A stretch of 64,000 nt of DNA from Armatimonadota bacterium (GTDB taxonomy: Bacteria > Armatimonadota > SYMT01): NCBI GenBank assembly GCA_046292385.1, contig JBKBRF010000007.1:112738-176737 (forward strand). The letters run 5' to 3'. Below, one piece after another: positions 50,183-58,537 of the stretch; the stretch's first letter is position 1, and each line of letters starts with the position of its first letter. The position numbers and the translations under genes are program-made. Below the pieces are notes generated by a model that made no database searches, was not told the DNA's origin, and saw only the letters and a program-made list of their open reading frames with translations.

Positions 50183-51026
50183 GCCGCGCCGTGCGCTCGC
50201 GGAGCCACTGACGGCGCTCGCCGCCTGGGGCGCGGCGGCGGTGGTCTGCCTCGTCTTCCTCTGGCTGGCGGCGGAGGTCGCCCGCGCCGGGGTGGGGCGC
50301 CTCTCGCTCCCGTTCCTCATCGCGCCCGAGGAAGACGCAGGCCGCAGCGGGGGCATCGGCCCGATCCTCGTCTCCACCGGGCTGATCCTGGCGGTGAGCA
50401 TGGGGGCTTCAGTCGTGATTGGTCTGCCCGCTGCCGTGCTGCTGGCGGAGCTCTCCGGTGCGGGGCGCTTCGGGGCGGCGGTGCGGCGGAGCCTCGACCT
50501 CCTCGCGGGGATGCCCTCCATCGTCTTCGGGCTCTTCGGCAACGCCTTCTTCTGCGGCGCGCTCGGGCTGCGGTTCTCCATCCTCTCCGGCGGGCTCACC
50601 CTCGCCTGCATGGTGCTGCCGCTGCTGATCCGCACCTCGGAGGAGGCGCTCCGCGGCGTCCCCGCCGCCTACCGGGAGGCCGCCGCGGCGCTGGCGCTCT
50701 CCCGGACCACCCTGCTCTTCCGGGTGCTGCTGCCGGCCGCGCTGCCGGGGCTGCTGGTCGGTCTGGTGCTCGGCACCGGCCGCGCGCTGGCGGAGACCGC
50801 CGCCCTCGTCTTCACCAGCGGCTACGTCACGCGGATGCCGGGGTCGCTCCTCGATTCCGGCCGGGCGCTCTCCGTGCACATCTACGACCTCTCCATGAAC
50901 GTCGCGGGCGGCGACGCGAGCGCCGGCGCCTCCGCGCTGGTGCTGATGGTCCTGATCCTGGCGCTGAACGGCGCGACCGAGTGGCTCGCCGGCCGCTGGC
51001 GGCGGTCCGGAGAGGCGCGGCCGTGA
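50175..51026 (+). CDS. pstA: Phosphate ABC transporter permease
   Basis: GGIGP, LAGMPSIVFGLFG, GRALAETAAL. Confidence 0.92.
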   Translation: MVKPRRALAEPLTALAAWGAAAVVCLVFLWLAAEVARAGVGRLSLPFLIAPEEDAGRSGGIGPILVSTGLILAVSMGASVVIGLPAAVLLAELSGAGRFGAAVRRSLDLLAGMPSIVFGLFGNAFFCGALGLRFSILSGGLTLACMVLPLLIRTSEEALRGVPAAYREAAAALALSRTTLLFRVLLPAALPGLLVGLVLGTGRALAETAALVFTSGYVTRMPGSLLDSGRALSVHIYDLSMNVAGGDASAGASALVLMVLILALNGATEWLAGRWRRSGEARP

Positions 51027-51799
51027 GCGAGCCGCGCGTGCTGCTGCAGGCGACCGACCTGGCGGTCGCGTACGGAAAACGGACCGCCCTGCGCGGCGTG
51101 ACGCTGCCGGTCCGGGAAGGGGTGGTTACCGCCCTGATCGGCCCTTCCGGCTGCGGGAAGACCAGCTTCCTGAGCTGCGTCAACCGGCTCACCGACCTGG
51201 TCCCCGGCTGCCGGGTCTCCGGTAGCTTGCGGCTCGCGGGGGTAGAGCTGCTCGACCCCGGCCTCGACCTCCCCTCGCTGCGGCGGCGAGTCGGGATGAT
51301 CTTCCAGCGCCCGAACCCGTTCCCGCTCTCGATCCGCCAGAACCTGCTGCTCCCGCTGCGGGAGCACCGCCTCGGCACGCCGGCGGAGTGCGAGGCGCTG
51401 GCGGAGCGGGCGCTGCGGGACGTCGGCCTCTGGGAGGAGGTGAAGGACCGCCTCGACGCCCCCGCCCTTTCCCTCTCCGGCGGGCAGCAGCAGCGCCTCT
51501 GCTTCGCTCGCGCGCTCACCCTGCGGCCGGAGGTACTGCTCCTGGACGAGCCGTGCAGCGCCCTTGATCCGCTGGCGACCGGCGTGGTGGAGGAGCTGAT
51601 CCTGCGGCTCCGCGGCGAGTACACGGTGGTGATCGTTACCCACAACCTGGCGCAGGCCCGCCGCCTGGCGGATGACGCGGCGCTCTTCTGGCTCCGGGAC
51701 GGCGCCGGCTGCCTGGTGGAGCACGGCCCCGCCGCCCAGCTCTTCGAAGCGCCGCGCCAGCCGGAGACGGCGGACTACGTCCGGGGAGTGCGAGGGTAG
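51023..51799 (+). CDS. pstB: Phosphate ABC transporter ATP-binding protein
   Basis: GPSGCGKT, FQRPNPFP, LSGGQQQRLC, DEPCSALDP. Confidence 0.95.
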   Translation: MSEPRVLLQATDLAVAYGKRTALRGVTLPVREGVVTALIGPSGCGKTSFLSCVNRLTDLVPGCRVSGSLRLAGVELLDPGLDLPSLRRRVGMIFQRPNPFPLSIRQNLLLPLREHRLGTPAECEALAERALRDVGLWEEVKDRLDAPALSLSGGQQQRLCFARALTLRPEVLLLDEPCSALDPLATGVVEELILRLRGEYTVVIVTHNLAQARRLADDAALFWLRDGAGCLVEHGPAAQLFEAPRQPETADYVRGVRG

Positions 51800-51848
51800 A
51801 GGAACCCCGTCACGCGGCAGCCAACGTACGGCCCGGAGGTGACTGCGG

Positions 51849-52856
51849 ATGGAGTACGTCAACCTGGGCCGCGCGGGCGTGAAGGTTTCCCGGCTCTGCC
51901 TCGGCACGATGATGTTCGGCGGTCCGACCGACGCGGCGGAGAGCGCGCGCATCCTCGGCCGCGCGCTGGATGCCGGAATCAACTTCGTCGACACGGCGAA
52001 CATGTACAACGCGGGCGAGTCGGAGGTGGTGACCGGCCGCGCCATTGCGAGCCGCCGGGCGGAGGTGGTGCTCGCCACGAAGGCCCGCAACCCGATGGGA
52101 ACGGGGCCGAACGACCAGGGGCTCTCCCGCCTGCACCTGATCCGCGCGTGCGAGGAGAGCCTGCGCCGGCTCGGGACCGACTACGTCGACCTCTACTACC
52201 TCCACGCGCCGGACTACGGCACGCCGCTGGAAGAGTCGCTGGAGGCGATGGAGAAGCTGGTCCGGGACGGCAAGGTGCTCTATCCCGCCTGCAGCAACTA
52301 CTACGCCTACCAGGTGGCGCAGATGCTCGGCATTCAGGAGCGGCGCGGCTTCACCCGCCTCGCCTGCGTCCAGCCGCTCTACAACCTGGTGAACCGGGAG
52401 ATCGAGGTCGAGCTGCTCCCCTGCTGCCGCGACGAAGGCCTGGGGGTGGTGGTCTACTCGCCGCTCGCGCGGGGCGTCCTCACCGGCAAGTACCTCCCCG
52501 GGCAGCCGCCGCCGGAAGGCAGCCGCGCCGCCCGCGGCGACCGCCGCATTCACCAGACGGAGCTGCGCGAAGAGAGCTTCGAGATTGCCCAGCAGCTCCG
52601 CCCGCTCGCGGAGCGGCACGGGGTCCCGCTCTCGCAGCTCGCCCTCGCGTGGACCCTCGCCAACCCGCTCGTCACCAGCGCCATCGTCGGGCCCCGCACC
52701 CTGGAGCAGCTCGAGGACGGCCTCGCCGCCCTCGAGGTGAAGCTGACCGCGGAAGACGAGCAGGCCGTCAACGAGCTGGTCCCGCCGGGCTGGAAGACGG
52801 GCCGCGGCTACACCGATCCGAACTATCCGGTGCAGGGCCGGCCCGCGCTCCGCTGA
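51849..52856 (+). CDS. Aldo/keto reductase
   Basis: VSRLCLGTM, DTANMY, SLRRLGTDYVDLYYLH, YSPLARG. Confidence 0.95.
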   Translation: MEYVNLGRAGVKVSRLCLGTMMFGGPTDAAESARILGRALDAGINFVDTANMYNAGESEVVTGRAIASRRAEVVLATKARNPMGTGPNDQGLSRLHLIRACEESLRRLGTDYVDLYYLHAPDYGTPLEESLEAMEKLVRDGKVLYPACSNYYAYQVAQMLGIQERRGFTRLACVQPLYNLVNREIEVELLPCCRDEGLGVVVYSPLARGVLTGKYLPGQPPPEGSRAARGDRRIHQTELREESFEIAQQLRPLAERHGVPLSQLALAWTLANPLVTSAIVGPRTLEQLEDGLAALEVKLTAEDEQAVNELVPPGWKTGRGYTDPNYPVQGRPALR

Positions 52857-52868
52857 CGGAGGGGCCGG

Positions 52869-54173
52869 TCACATGAAGTTCGGCGTGTGCATCTCGCTCA
52901 TCTTGCGGGCGAGATCGACCGGAACCCCGGCCTGCGTGAGGCGCTGCACGCGGTTGTCGGCCATGCGCTGGTAGAGGGCGCGGACTTTCTCCACGCCGGC
53001 CGACATCTGCGCCGGGCTGGCGCCGCCGCCGCCGAGCACGGCGAGCGCCTCCATCACGAACGGGGTCGCTCCGGTGGTGGCGGAGATGGCGTCCGCCCGG
53101 GCCTCCACCGCCTCCATCAGGCGGCCGAGGTAGTCCGGGTGCCGCTCCAGCTGGTACTTCAGGTGCGCCACGCCGTAGGCGACGTGCCGCGCCTCGTCCT
53201 GCCGCGCGCGCTGAACCACGTCCCGCGTTACCGGATCCGGGGCGTGCTGCTCGCAGTAGCGGAGCAGGTCGAGGAAGGTGCCTTCGCCGAGGACGTGCAG
53301 CAGGAAGCTGGAGTTGAAGTAGTCTTCCTGGATCAGCAGGCTGAAGAGCGACCACTCCGTGGCGGCCGACGCGTACTGCAGACCGCCGCCGTTGGCGAGG
53401 GCGCGCTTGGTGAACGCCTCGATGTGGCGGGCCTCGTCGTTCACGACGGTGGCGAGGAAGAGCACCACCTCCGTGAACTGCGGGTTGATCTGCGGCATGA
53501 ACTTGCTGGGGATGTAGAGGGCGGAGTACTCGTTCTCCGCCAGGAACGTCATGATCTGGCAGACCGCCCTCTCCACGTCCTCATCCAGCTTCGGCAGCTC
53601 CCCCCACGCGATCGAGGTGGAGGCGTCCCACTGCGCCGCCTTCGCCTGCTCGTAGAGATCGGCGATGTTGTCCGCCCAGACGTCGTCCTTGCGGTTGAGG
53701 GCGAAGCCGTAGTCCGGCATTCCCGGCTCCGCCACCGCCCCGCGCGGGACGAAGCCGAAGTAGGTGGGCGCCTCCTCCGGCACCTCGCCGACCCGCCCGA
53801 CGAACCAGTCGCGGATATCGACGCGCCGTCCGTCGCGCCTCGGCAGCTCCACACCCCAGTCCGGCTCGCCCCAGGCGCTGGTACCGGGACCTTTGCGGAC
53901 GAGGTACTTGATCCGGTCGCCGCCGTCCAGCGCCGTCAGGAACTGGTTCTTCGTCATGCGGCACCAGGCGGGGAGGTCCTGGCGCACGCTGATCTCCGTG
54001 CTGTCGACCTCCAGCACCTGCCCCTGTTCGAGCTGGTTCATCGCCCGGCGGATGACGAGCAGCAGGCCGGTGCCGCAGTCGAGGTCGCCGCCGTCGACCA
54101 CCAGGTTGGGAGTCACCCCGATCACGGAGAACTCGTCGGCCGGTAGGGAGTTAGGGTCTTCGCGTGGGGACAT
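52869..54173 (-). CDS. TusA/SirA-like sulfur-carrier domain fused to a ferritin-like di-iron domain
   Basis: DGGDLDCGTG..DLPAWCR (TusA); ENE..DEARH..EGTF..DEARH (di-iron ligands). Confidence 0.85.
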   Translation of the reverse strand: MSPREDPNSLPADEFSVIGVTPNLVVDGGDLDCGTGLLLVIRRAMNQLEQGQVLEVDSTEISVRQDLPAWCRMTKNQFLTALDGGDRIKYLVRKGPGTSAWGEPDWGVELPRRDGRRVDIRDWFVGRVGEVPEEAPTYFGFVPRGAVAEPGMPDYGFALNRKDDVWADNIADLYEQAKAAQWDASTSIAWGELPKLDEDVERAVCQIMTFLAENEYSALYIPSKFMPQINPQFTEVVLFLATVVNDEARHIEAFTKRALANGGGLQYASAATEWSLFSLLIQEDYFNSSFLLHVLGEGTFLDLLRYCEQHAPDPVTRDVVQRARQDEARHVAYGVAHLKYQLERHPDYLGRLMEAVEARADAISATTGATPFVMEALAVLGGGGASPAQMSAGVEKVRALYQRMADNRVQRLTQAGVPVDLARKMSEMHTPNFM

Positions 54174-54233
54174 CGGGTACTGCTTTCGGTTGGGGGCTGC
54201 GGGGGCGGTGAGTGGACGGTCTTGCGGGAGGAG

Positions 54234-54388
54234 GCGTATTGCGTATCGAGTATTGCGTAGCGGAGCGCTGGTCCCGCTTTACCTGACGTCGTGCCGCGCG
54301 AAGAGCTCCAATTCACGCTTCGCCCGGCACGACGTAGCGGTCGAGCGGTAGAGGCATCTCGCTACGCAATACTCGATACGGAATACGC
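54234..54388 (-). mobile_element. Gene-less (MITE/REP-like) copy of the CGTATTG palindromic element
   Basis: 29-bp terminal inverted repeat (1 mismatch) and inner 18-bp inverted repeat (1 mismatch); colinear with 28181-28331. Confidence 0.75.
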
Positions 54389-54389
54389 G

Positions 54390-54752
54390 CTAGTAACTCA
54401 GGCTCGCCGCTCCCGAAGTCAGGAACTCCACCGCTTTCGCGCCGCCGACGATCACCGCGCCGTCGACGAGCTTCTCTTCGTCCAGGCCGCGCTTCTTGAA
54501 GCAGGGGGAGCAGACGTAGATCGTGCCGCCGAACTCGGCGAAGTCGGCCATCAGCTCCTTCAGCGGCTTGAAGCCCTCCTCGTGGACGTCGTCCGCGTAG
54601 CCCTGCTCGGAGAGACGCACACCCTCCGTGCTGAGGAAGACGACCGTCTCGACATCCGAGGCGACGGCGGCGTTGGCGACCACGAAGGCGACGGTCGCCT
54701 TGTCGGTGTTGTCTTTCGCGTAAGAGAGGGAGATCAGCAGCTTTCCGGCCAT
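54390..54752 (-). CDS. DsrE family protein
   Basis: KATVAFVVANAA..VFLSTEGV..IYVCSPC..GAVIVGG. Confidence 0.9.
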   Translation of the reverse strand: MAGKLLISLSYAKDNTDKATVAFVVANAAVASDVETVVFLSTEGVRLSEQGYADDVHEEGFKPLKELMADFAEFGGTIYVCSPCFKKRGLDEEKLVDGAVIVGGAKAVEFLTSGAASLSY

Positions 54753-54773
54753 GAGGGTCCTTTCTTCCGTAAC

Positions 54774-55319
54774 TCAATCCTGCTTGCGGCGAATGAAGTA
54801 GCTCTCGTCCTCGGTGGGGCCGGCCAGGAGCGTGTGGCCGGTAAGCCGGCACCAGCTCGGGATGTCGGCCTCCGCGCCGGCGTCCCGGGCGACCAGCTCC
54901 AGCACCTCGCCGGGATCGAGCTTCCGGATCGAGCGCATCAGGAGCACCATCAGGTCGCCGCAGCCCGCCTCTTCCGCGTCGACGCGGAGCGCCGGGGTGG
55001 GAAGCTCTTCCGCCGGGGAGAACAGCTCCGGCCGGAGCCACTCCGGCGGGCTATTCGAGTGCTCCAGGCGGCTGGGGCAGCAGGGAGACTGGCCGTCCCG
55101 GTCGCAGATCTTCGCCTTCCGCCAGTCCCGGCGGTAGCAGTCCCGGCGGATCAGGTAGTTGCCGACCAGCTCGCACAACTGCTCCGGGGTGGAGCCCAGG
55201 CCCTCCCCGAGGCACCGGAGGCAGCGGCAGGCCCCCTTGCCGGCGAGCACCCGGCTGATGACCTCCTGACGCCCGCAGATCGGCTCAGCACACCGGTCAC
55301 AACGCCGTTCCTCTGCCAC
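54774..55319 (-). CDS. Cys-rich N-terminal domain + TusA-like domain
   Basis: CDRC, CRCLRC, CCPS; DAEEAGCGDL..DIPSWCRLTGH. Confidence 0.82.
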   Translation of the reverse strand: MAEERRCDRCAEPICGRQEVISRVLAGKGACRCLRCLGEGLGSTPEQLCELVGNYLIRRDCYRRDWRKAKICDRDGQSPCCPSRLEHSNSPPEWLRPELFSPAEELPTPALRVDAEEAGCGDLMVLLMRSIRKLDPGEVLELVARDAGAEADIPSWCRLTGHTLLAGPTEDESYFIRRKQD

Positions 55320-55653
55320 TGCTACCGCCCACCCATCCGGCCGTTCGCTTTCATCCTATCCTTCGTTCCCGAGAACGGTAGCACTGCTCCTTCACTGCGG
55401 CGCATCGAAAGTTCCTATGGAGCGGCCGGCTGCCATTGAAACACCTTCTGGTGCAACTCCCTAAATCGAAAACACCCCCGTGCTCCGCCCGCAGGCATCA
55501 GAAAACGCGATGCGCCATATCGAGGACTCTGCGGTCGCTGAGTCCAACCAGCACCGGAGGGCTGCCCTGGCCGCCTGTCAACCTGGCGCTGCCCGGTGCG
55601 GCGCTCCAGTCATCATCAGTGAGCCGTCTTCCGTTGGGACGCGGCGGGAGTGT

Positions 55654-56775
55654 ATGGAATTGAGAAACGGATTGTCGATCGGGCGGGTCGTCACCGCCTC
55701 ACTGGCCGTGGCGGCGCTCTGCGGGCCGGCGCGGCACGCGCACGCCCAGGGGTGAGTGGTCAATCGCCAAACCGCGCCCGTGCTTGGCGCGGCTGACCTG
55801 GGACCGTATCTTGAAAAGGGAGAGTGGCAGCTCGGTGCCACTTACCGCACCTTCCGCGCGGACAAGCAGTACACCGGGACGCGCCTCAACCCGCTGGTGA
55901 CGGCACTCAAGACCAACGTCATCAGCGAGCTCGACATGCTCGACCTGGGGGTGACCCACGCCTTCAGCCGGCAGTTGAACGTCACCCTGGGCATTCCGAT
56001 CGTCCTCTACGCCAGCTCCTCCCGGGGGCTGCCGTCTACGGTCGCCGGCAGTCCGCGCTTCGTTCACAGCGCGGAGGGGCTCGGCGACATGACGCTGGTC
56101 GGGCGCTACTGGCTGCTCGACTGCGACAAGCACCAGCACGGCAACGTCTCGCTCGGGTTGGGCGTGAAGTTCCCGACCGGCAACTCGAACGTGCGCGACC
56201 GGTTCCCGGATGCCACGGGCGCCAACGAGCGGCTGCGGCCGGTCGACCAGTCGATCCAGCTCGGCGACGGCGGCTGGGGGGTCATCTTCGACCTCCAGGC
56301 GTTCAAGCAGGTGGGGAGCGCCACCGTGTTCCTCCAGGGCACGTACCTGGCGAACCCCCGGGGCGAGAACGACACGCTTTCCCCGCCGGCGTTCCTGAGT
56401 CCGGCAGGCCGGAAGGCCGTGCCGCGCTCGCTGCGGTTCAACACGGTGCCGGACCAGTACCTCGGACGCGTGGGCATCACTCACCCGGTGCCGGGCGTGC
56501 GGGGACTCAACGCGCTGATCGCCGGGCGCATCGAAGGCTCGCCGCGGAACGACCTCTTCGGCGACACCGTCGGCTTCCGCCGGCCGGGCTACGGCATCGC
56601 CATCGAGCCGGGCCTGATCTACACCCTGCCGAACAACCAGACCACGCTCTCTCTGAGCGTGCCGGTGACGCTGCAGGTGAACCGGCAGGCGGTAGCCGGC
56701 GTGCCGGGCGACGCCACCTTCGCGGACTATTCCATCTTCGCGTCGGTGACGCACCGCTTCGGCGGCAAGAAGTAG
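55654..56775 (+). CDS. Outer-membrane beta-barrel (MetA-pathway/transporter-like) with an in-frame UGA at codon 34; candidate selenoprotein
   Basis: Signal peptide 55654-55746 is in frame with the 339-aa ORF; single TGA at 55753-55755; GLGDMTLVGRYW, LGVKFPTG, QLGDGGW, terminal THRF. Confidence 0.75.
55758..55798 (+). promoter_or_regulatory. Candidate bacterial SECIS hairpin
   Basis: GGTCA/TGACC lower stem; CCGCGCC-CGTGCTT-GGCGCGG upper stem-loop, with the loop 23 nt after the UGA. Confidence 0.6.
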
Positions 56776-56801
56776 GGCCAGGTGGCGGACCGGGCTCTAC
56801 G

Positions 56802-56836
56802 ACGGCCTCTCCCAAAACTGGGAGAGGCCGTGTTTT
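56802..56836 (+). terminator. Intrinsic terminator
   Basis: ACGGCCTCTCCCA-AAAC-TGGGAGAGGCCGT then GTTTT. Confidence 0.75.
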
Positions 56837-56930
56837 CTAAGGAGGTCCCCCGGCGCGGGTCCGGAATGGTAAAGTGTGAGGTTTCAGAGCTGCGGCCGGA
56901 TCAACCCGGCGAGAGGCTGGAGCGCGAACG

Positions 56931-57251
56931 ATGCTGCGAGCACTCCTCATGCTCCCCAACTGGGCGGCCCGGCCGGTGACAGCGCTCTCCGTGCTCGCCA
57001 GCGCCGGCACCGTCTACTGGTGCTCGATCCTGGCGACCGACTACGCGCGGGAGCTTCACCCGTGGTGCGGTACGGGCGCGGACCGGATCGCCGGTCTGCT
57101 CGGCGGGGTGGTGCCGGCGAGCTTCCTGGTGCCGGCGGTCGGCTGGCTGCTCTGCCGGGGCAACCCGCGGCTCCGCCGGATAGCCCGCTGCGCCACACTC
57201 GCGTCGATCGCGGCGTGGGCGACGGTGCTCACGTGCATCCGCTGGGCCTGA
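56931..57251 (+). CDS. Small membrane hypothetical protein
   Basis: Three hydrophobic segments; GGAG upstream. Confidence 0.55.
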   Translation: MLRALLMLPNWAARPVTALSVLASAGTVYWCSILATDYARELHPWCGTGADRIAGLLGGVVPASFLVPAVGWLLCRGNPRLRRIARCATLASIAAWATVLTCIRWA

Positions 57252-57264
57252 CGGCCGGGGCGGG

Positions 57265-58113
57265 TTACTTGCGCCCGCGATTGCCGGAGCGCTGGGCCGG
57301 CTTGTCGAAGAGCAGCACGTACTCGTGCTTGAAGATGTAGAAGCCGCCGCGGAGGGCGCGGTACCGCCAGAGGTTGCCGGTGCGGCCCTTGCCCACCTCG
57401 TTGCCCTCGATGTTCTTCACCACGATGGAGCGGGTGCGGAATCCGGCCTCGTTCATCACTCGCATGCACTCGAAGCCGAGCGGGATCAGCTCGCCCGCGG
57501 AGTACTTGTCCCCGATCACCACCACCGCGAAGCGGCCGGGGCGGAGCAGGTTGTAGGCGCGGTCCGCCACCCGGCGGAAGCCGTCCAGGAACCCCTCGGT
57601 GCCGTCCGCGTTGGAGAGGTCCTCTTCGCGGTCGCTGAAGCGGATGATGTCGTGGTACGGCGGGTGGAGCACCGCGAGATCGACGTGCTCCCGCTCCCAG
57701 CCGTGCAGCACTTCCCGGACCCGCACCTCCGTCTCCGGGCTGCCGCTGTCGCCGCAGAGCACGGCGGCGCGGCTGCCGTCGTCGCCCAGCTTCGCGCGGA
57801 CGTGCTCCGCCAGCTCCGGCTTCAGCTCCACCCCGATGCAGCGCCGCCCCAGACGGAGCGCCTCCACCGCGCTGGTGCCGGAGCCGAGGAAGAGATCGAG
57901 CACCACGTCGTCCTCCCGCGTGAAGCGGGTGAACGCCTGGGTGGCGATCTGCGGCACGAAGTTGCCGTGGTACTCCAGCGCGTGCCCGTTCCCACGCGCG
58001 CGGGAAGGGATGAGCCAGAGCGAGTCGGTCCAGACGTCGTCCAGCTCCTTCCAGCGGGTGAGGTCGAGGTCGTTGTAGGGAACGGTGGGGGCGAGCGGCT
58101 TACGGGGTTTCAC
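57265..58113 (-). CDS. Orphan amino-methyltransferase (N4/N6 DNA MTase or Trm11-like)
   Basis: YHGNFVPQI, LDLFLGSGT, GVEL, HPPY. Confidence 0.85.
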   Translation of the reverse strand: MKPRKPLAPTVPYNDLDLTRWKELDDVWTDSLWLIPSRARGNGHALEYHGNFVPQIATQAFTRFTREDDVVLDLFLGSGTSAVEALRLGRRCIGVELKPELAEHVRAKLGDDGSRAAVLCGDSGSPETEVRVREVLHGWEREHVDLAVLHPPYHDIIRFSDREEDLSNADGTEGFLDGFRRVADRAYNLLRPGRFAVVVIGDKYSAGELIPLGFECMRVMNEAGFRTRSIVVKNIEGNEVGKGRTGNLWRYRALRGGFYIFKHEYVLLFDKPAQRSGNRGRK

Positions 58114-58118
58114 GATTG

Positions 58119-58206
58119 TAGGGATGAGGGCGGAAGGATGAGGGATGATGGCGAGCCCTCCGGGTCCGAGCGCTCTTACCCCTACCCGTAATCTTACTCC
58201 GACTCG
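58119..58206. repeat. GGATGAG heptamer and hexamer tandem repeats
   Basis: agggatgagggcggaaggatgagggatgatg then ctcttacccctacccgtaatcttactccgactcg; same order as at 12937. Confidence 0.7.
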
Positions 58207-58302
58207 AAGACACTTCAGGACCGCGTCTGTTCCCGGCGAGAGATGGCCGCTCCGGTTGAGGGTCTTTCATCTCTCTTCTTCCATCTCCAGCCTTGTGTCA
58301 GG

Positions 58303-58331
58303 TTGACGCGGGACCAATCCTGGGCTAACAT
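58303..58331 (+). promoter_or_regulatory. sigma70-like promoter of the arg operon
   Basis: TTGACG (58303-08), 17-bp spacer, TAACAT (58326-31). Confidence 0.7.
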
Positions 58332-58340
58332 TTCCGTGCT

Positions 58341-58436
58341 ATGCAGCCTGTGGTGCGGACAATCGGGTCTCGGCCGGAAGAGCGTCGTCGCCGTCGTACG
58401 TACGATCACGCGTCCGTTCGGCCGGTGCTACCGTAG
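58341..58436 (+). CDS. Arg-rich leader peptide (31 aa) of the arg operon
   Basis: MQPVVRTIGSRPEERRRRRTYDHASVRPVLP*; CGT CGT CGC CGT CGT at 58383-58397. Confidence 0.78.
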   Translation: MQPVVRTIGSRPEERRRRRTYDHASVRPVLP

Positions 58437-58464
58437 CATTCCCCCAGCAGGTTCGGTTTTCGGC

Positions 58465-58497
58465 AAGACGGAGCAGGTGCTCCGTCTTTTTTGTTTT
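58465..58497 (+). terminator. Attenuator terminator upstream of argD
   Basis: AAGACGGAGC-AGGT-GCTCCGTCTT followed by TTTTGTTTT. Confidence 0.88.
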
Positions 58498-58537
58498 CCG
58501 GTAACGGCAGCGGTGCCGTTTCGGAAGGAGAGCGTCC

